Source: Microbotryum violaceum (taxonomy: Eukaryota). From it: a stretch of 64,000 nucleotides of DNA. The notes beneath the pieces are model-generated. The model saw only the letters and a program-made list of their open reading frames with translations, was not told where the DNA came from and did not search any database. Positions within the stretch are counted from its first letter, which is position 1. Each line of letters begins with the position of its first letter. The stretch is taken from positions 1,240,001 to 1,304,000 of the forward strand of contig CDLV01000010.1 in NCBI GenBank assembly GCA_001244265.2, written 5' to 3'. Both the position numbers and the translations under genes were made by a program. Below, in pieces: positions 61,180 through 64,000 of the stretch.

Positions 61180-61660
61180 GCCAAAACAATGCCACGTGCA
61201 CATACTCACGCGGTCCACTTCCTATATCTTGACTTTTATTCATCACATGCCCATCTCAACCTGTTGTGTATCACTATCAATGAAACCTACCTTCGCATAT
61301 ATCCGTTCTTCTGCACTAGGTACACCTTGCAATTCGACGACTTCTTACCAGATCTTCAGAAGTAACGCAGAACCCCGTGCTCTTTTATGGAAGAGCAGAG
61401 TTTTCGAGGCTACGAGCTTTATCGTACTCTAGGTATGTCTCGGTCTGTAAATGATGGCACATATCAATGTTCATTTTCCCTCCGGTGGGAAATACAAGCA
61501 ACCTGTGAAAGGATGGGGAGACAACTTGTCTAAAGAGAAGAGAAGAGGAAGAAAGAACGACGAGAACACTATTGAATAACCCAGCGCTGCTTGCGATTGA
61601 AGACGCATGCCAGTCGATAATTGAATGAACGCTTCCCGAGGGGAACACTGTTGAATAACC

Positions 61661-64000
61661 TTACTCCAACTGCTCATGGAGCTTGGATCGCATGCGAACG
61701 TCAGGCGCGCTCTCGTGCAAGGCTCGCTCCTTCTTGCTCTGCGTCTGGATCTTCTCGCCGAGGTCACCCTCGGACTCGAAGTATTTGACGACATCGGGCG
61801 TGATGAAGGCGTGGTCGACCTCGTCAGAATCTCCAGACTCGTCGTTCTGCGCGATGACGTGCGACTCGAACAAGATGCGCAGCTCCTCGATGCGGTCGAG
61901 ACGGTCCTGGACGGGGTCATAGTGAACCTGACGCTTGAGGATGGTGCGTTCATACCAACTGAGATGGCGTGGGTGGATGGCGATACCGTGGTATTCCTCG
62001 GGGTGGCCCGAACGAACGCACTGCCAGTAGCGCTCTTGTTCGCGAAGATCAAGACCAGTCGTATCGGGCAAGAACATCCAGGTGAGGACGGCACCAATGA
62101 GACCGAACCATGGCACGAACCAAAACTTGGTGTGGTTGTCGATGTAATTGTAAAGGACGGTGGGGACGAGGGCTCCGAGCTTTCCGGAGGCAGCTGAGAA
62201 CCCGTGAGCACTACCACGCACGTTGGCGGGGTACACTTCGGCGGCGACGAGGAAAGTGGTGCAGTTAGGACCGAACTGTCAAGGTGGGAAGGCACAACGT
62301 CAGTACCTCTGCAATGCCGAGATCGAACTGAGGATCCTGCGAGAGGATTGCGTGAAGAAGACGGATGACATACCTGAACGAAGAAGGACGACATGAAGTA
62401 CAAGAACTGGAACATCTTGATCGGAGCTCCAGGCTTGCGGACTGAGGAGCCCAAGAAATGAGCAGCGGATGTCAGTCAACCTGGATCAAAATCACGCAAG
62501 AGACCGGTTCCTTCAGGAAAGAGACTTACGCTGATCGTACCAGATGGCACAGGCGAGGAAGGCAGCAAAGTTGAAGGCGAAACCGATCTGCTGCATCCTT
62601 ACGCGACCATAGCGCTTGTGATCGATAAGTCCGGCCGCGACGTAGTAACCGCACATGGAGACGACAGCGTTCTGTAGGGGCGCGAGCAAACAGTACCAAC
62701 GTCGGCGAAAGCTGCGGGTATTGCAAAAGTGGCGCGTGTGCAGCGCGAAAACGTACAAGGAGAGAGTACTCCCAAGTGACCCACAGCGAGGCTCCAGGCT
62801 TGATGATTTGGATGAAGATACCTTGGAAGACCTTGTTACCGTAGAAGCTATGGGCAGACAAGATGAAGCACGAATGTCAGAGGAAGCGTCATCCCACCGA
62901 GGCGAAACGAGCCGGACTGACAAGATATCGGTCGCGAACCAACCAGCAGCAGTGGCGATCAAACGACCCCAGTAGTGCGAGCAGACGAGCTTGAGCGAAA
63001 CGGTGTCGTAGCCGGAAACGTTGGAGCGCTTCTTGGCGGCCTGGACAATAAGATCGGCGTCCTTGATGTGGTAGTAACGGAAGTAGGCGAGCCATGCGTG
63101 AAGGAGGCCGATGATGCCAAACGATACACGGAAGGTGTACTGGGCAGCCTTCTCGGAGTAGGGGGGTTCGGTTCGGCCAGAGTGGAAGATGAACAGGAGC
63201 AACATAAGAAGCGCCTGATTGAAGACTTGTCCCCAACCTTGCATGAGGAAAGCTAAAACTACGTTGCGACCACGGTGCAAGCGATCATCACGGGCACCCT
63301 CCGGGCCGGCCAAGTCCCGCTCGATCGAACGGGTACCGCAAGTCGGATATTCACCACCAACGCCTTATTGGGGAAGAGCATATACAGCGTTAGTTCCCGA
63401 TGGTCTTCCATGATGGTTTGACGCTCTCAGAAAGTCACTCACCGATACCATAGATGAAGAGGGAGATGGTGTAGGCGATGACCCATCCTTGGAGGGTCGC
63501 GCCCCACACGGAGGTGAGCATGATGACACCGATCAACATGACGACGGCATCCTGGACAAGACCGAACTTGCGGCCGATGAAATCCGCCTCCCAACCGACG
63601 AGGAGTTGACCGATGATGATACCGACGATCTCGAGGTAAGTGACACTTGCGATCAAATTCTTGTTGCAAACCTGGTGCGTCTTGCCCCAGCACTGAGGCC
63701 AGACGGCGGCGAACAACGGTTGCAGATTGCCAATCGAGAACAGGACGAAGCCTTCGACGAAAAGACCCATACCTGTTCCGAGTCATGGCGTAGCGCATCG
63801 CGAGCGTTTGTCAGTCTCCAGTAGTCTTGGGCGTACCCCGGGTAAGCTTTTCGGTGCAAGTCGCCGACTTGACTTGCTTAGGCGCCGACACCGATTTTGA
63901 ACTGACCGTTGCTGACATATTTGCGGAAGTAGGCGCCGAGGGGAGCCAGAGGATCGATCTTGGCCGAAGCACCGATGGCCTTGAGTTCTCGGAGAGCCTC
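61661..64000 (-). CDS. MFS transporter, phosphate:H+ symporter (Pho84-like); 5' end outside the window; multi-exon
   Basis: GLFVEGFVLFSIGN, GQLLVGWEADFIGRK, GVGGEYP, RGRNVVLAFLMQGWGQ, EVYPANVRGSAHGFSAASGKLGA. Confidence 0.88.

Overview
Eukaryotic, intron-rich fungal DNA, most likely a Pucciniomycotina basidiomycete (Microbotryomycetes-like; inferred from gene content, short GT-AG introns and GC-rich codons). The ORF track only shows exon fragments, so gene models were stitched by eye across splice sites. Genes in order: fumarate reductase with a C-terminal cytochrome b5 domain (-); F-box/LRR protein (-); a ~9 kb island of five transposon types (TIR DNA element with an 8-bp TSD and a spliced internal gene, foldback MITE, internally deleted Copia, deleted Helitron, 5'-truncated LINE); secreted double RlpA/expansin-like protein (+); predicted pseudokinase (+); DUF1295 protein (-); two tandem dual-module hybrid histidine kinases (+,+) that share a duplicated downstream segment and have an inverted repeat between them; hAT-like non-autonomous element; intronless CAP/PR-1 gene with a basic His-rich N-terminus (+); TMEM41/Tvp38 protein (-); cytochrome c oxidase VIIc (-); a small orphan membrane protein (+); FOX2 (+); a second multidomain CAP gene (-); TauD-family dioxygenase (+); and a Pho84-like MFS transporter (-, cut by the window end). 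No tRNA, rRNA or CRISPR array was seen. The best leads for something undescribed are the 7769-10143 TIR element, the histidine kinase tandem with its shared 3' module, and the pseudokinase. Some exon boundaries are approximate.
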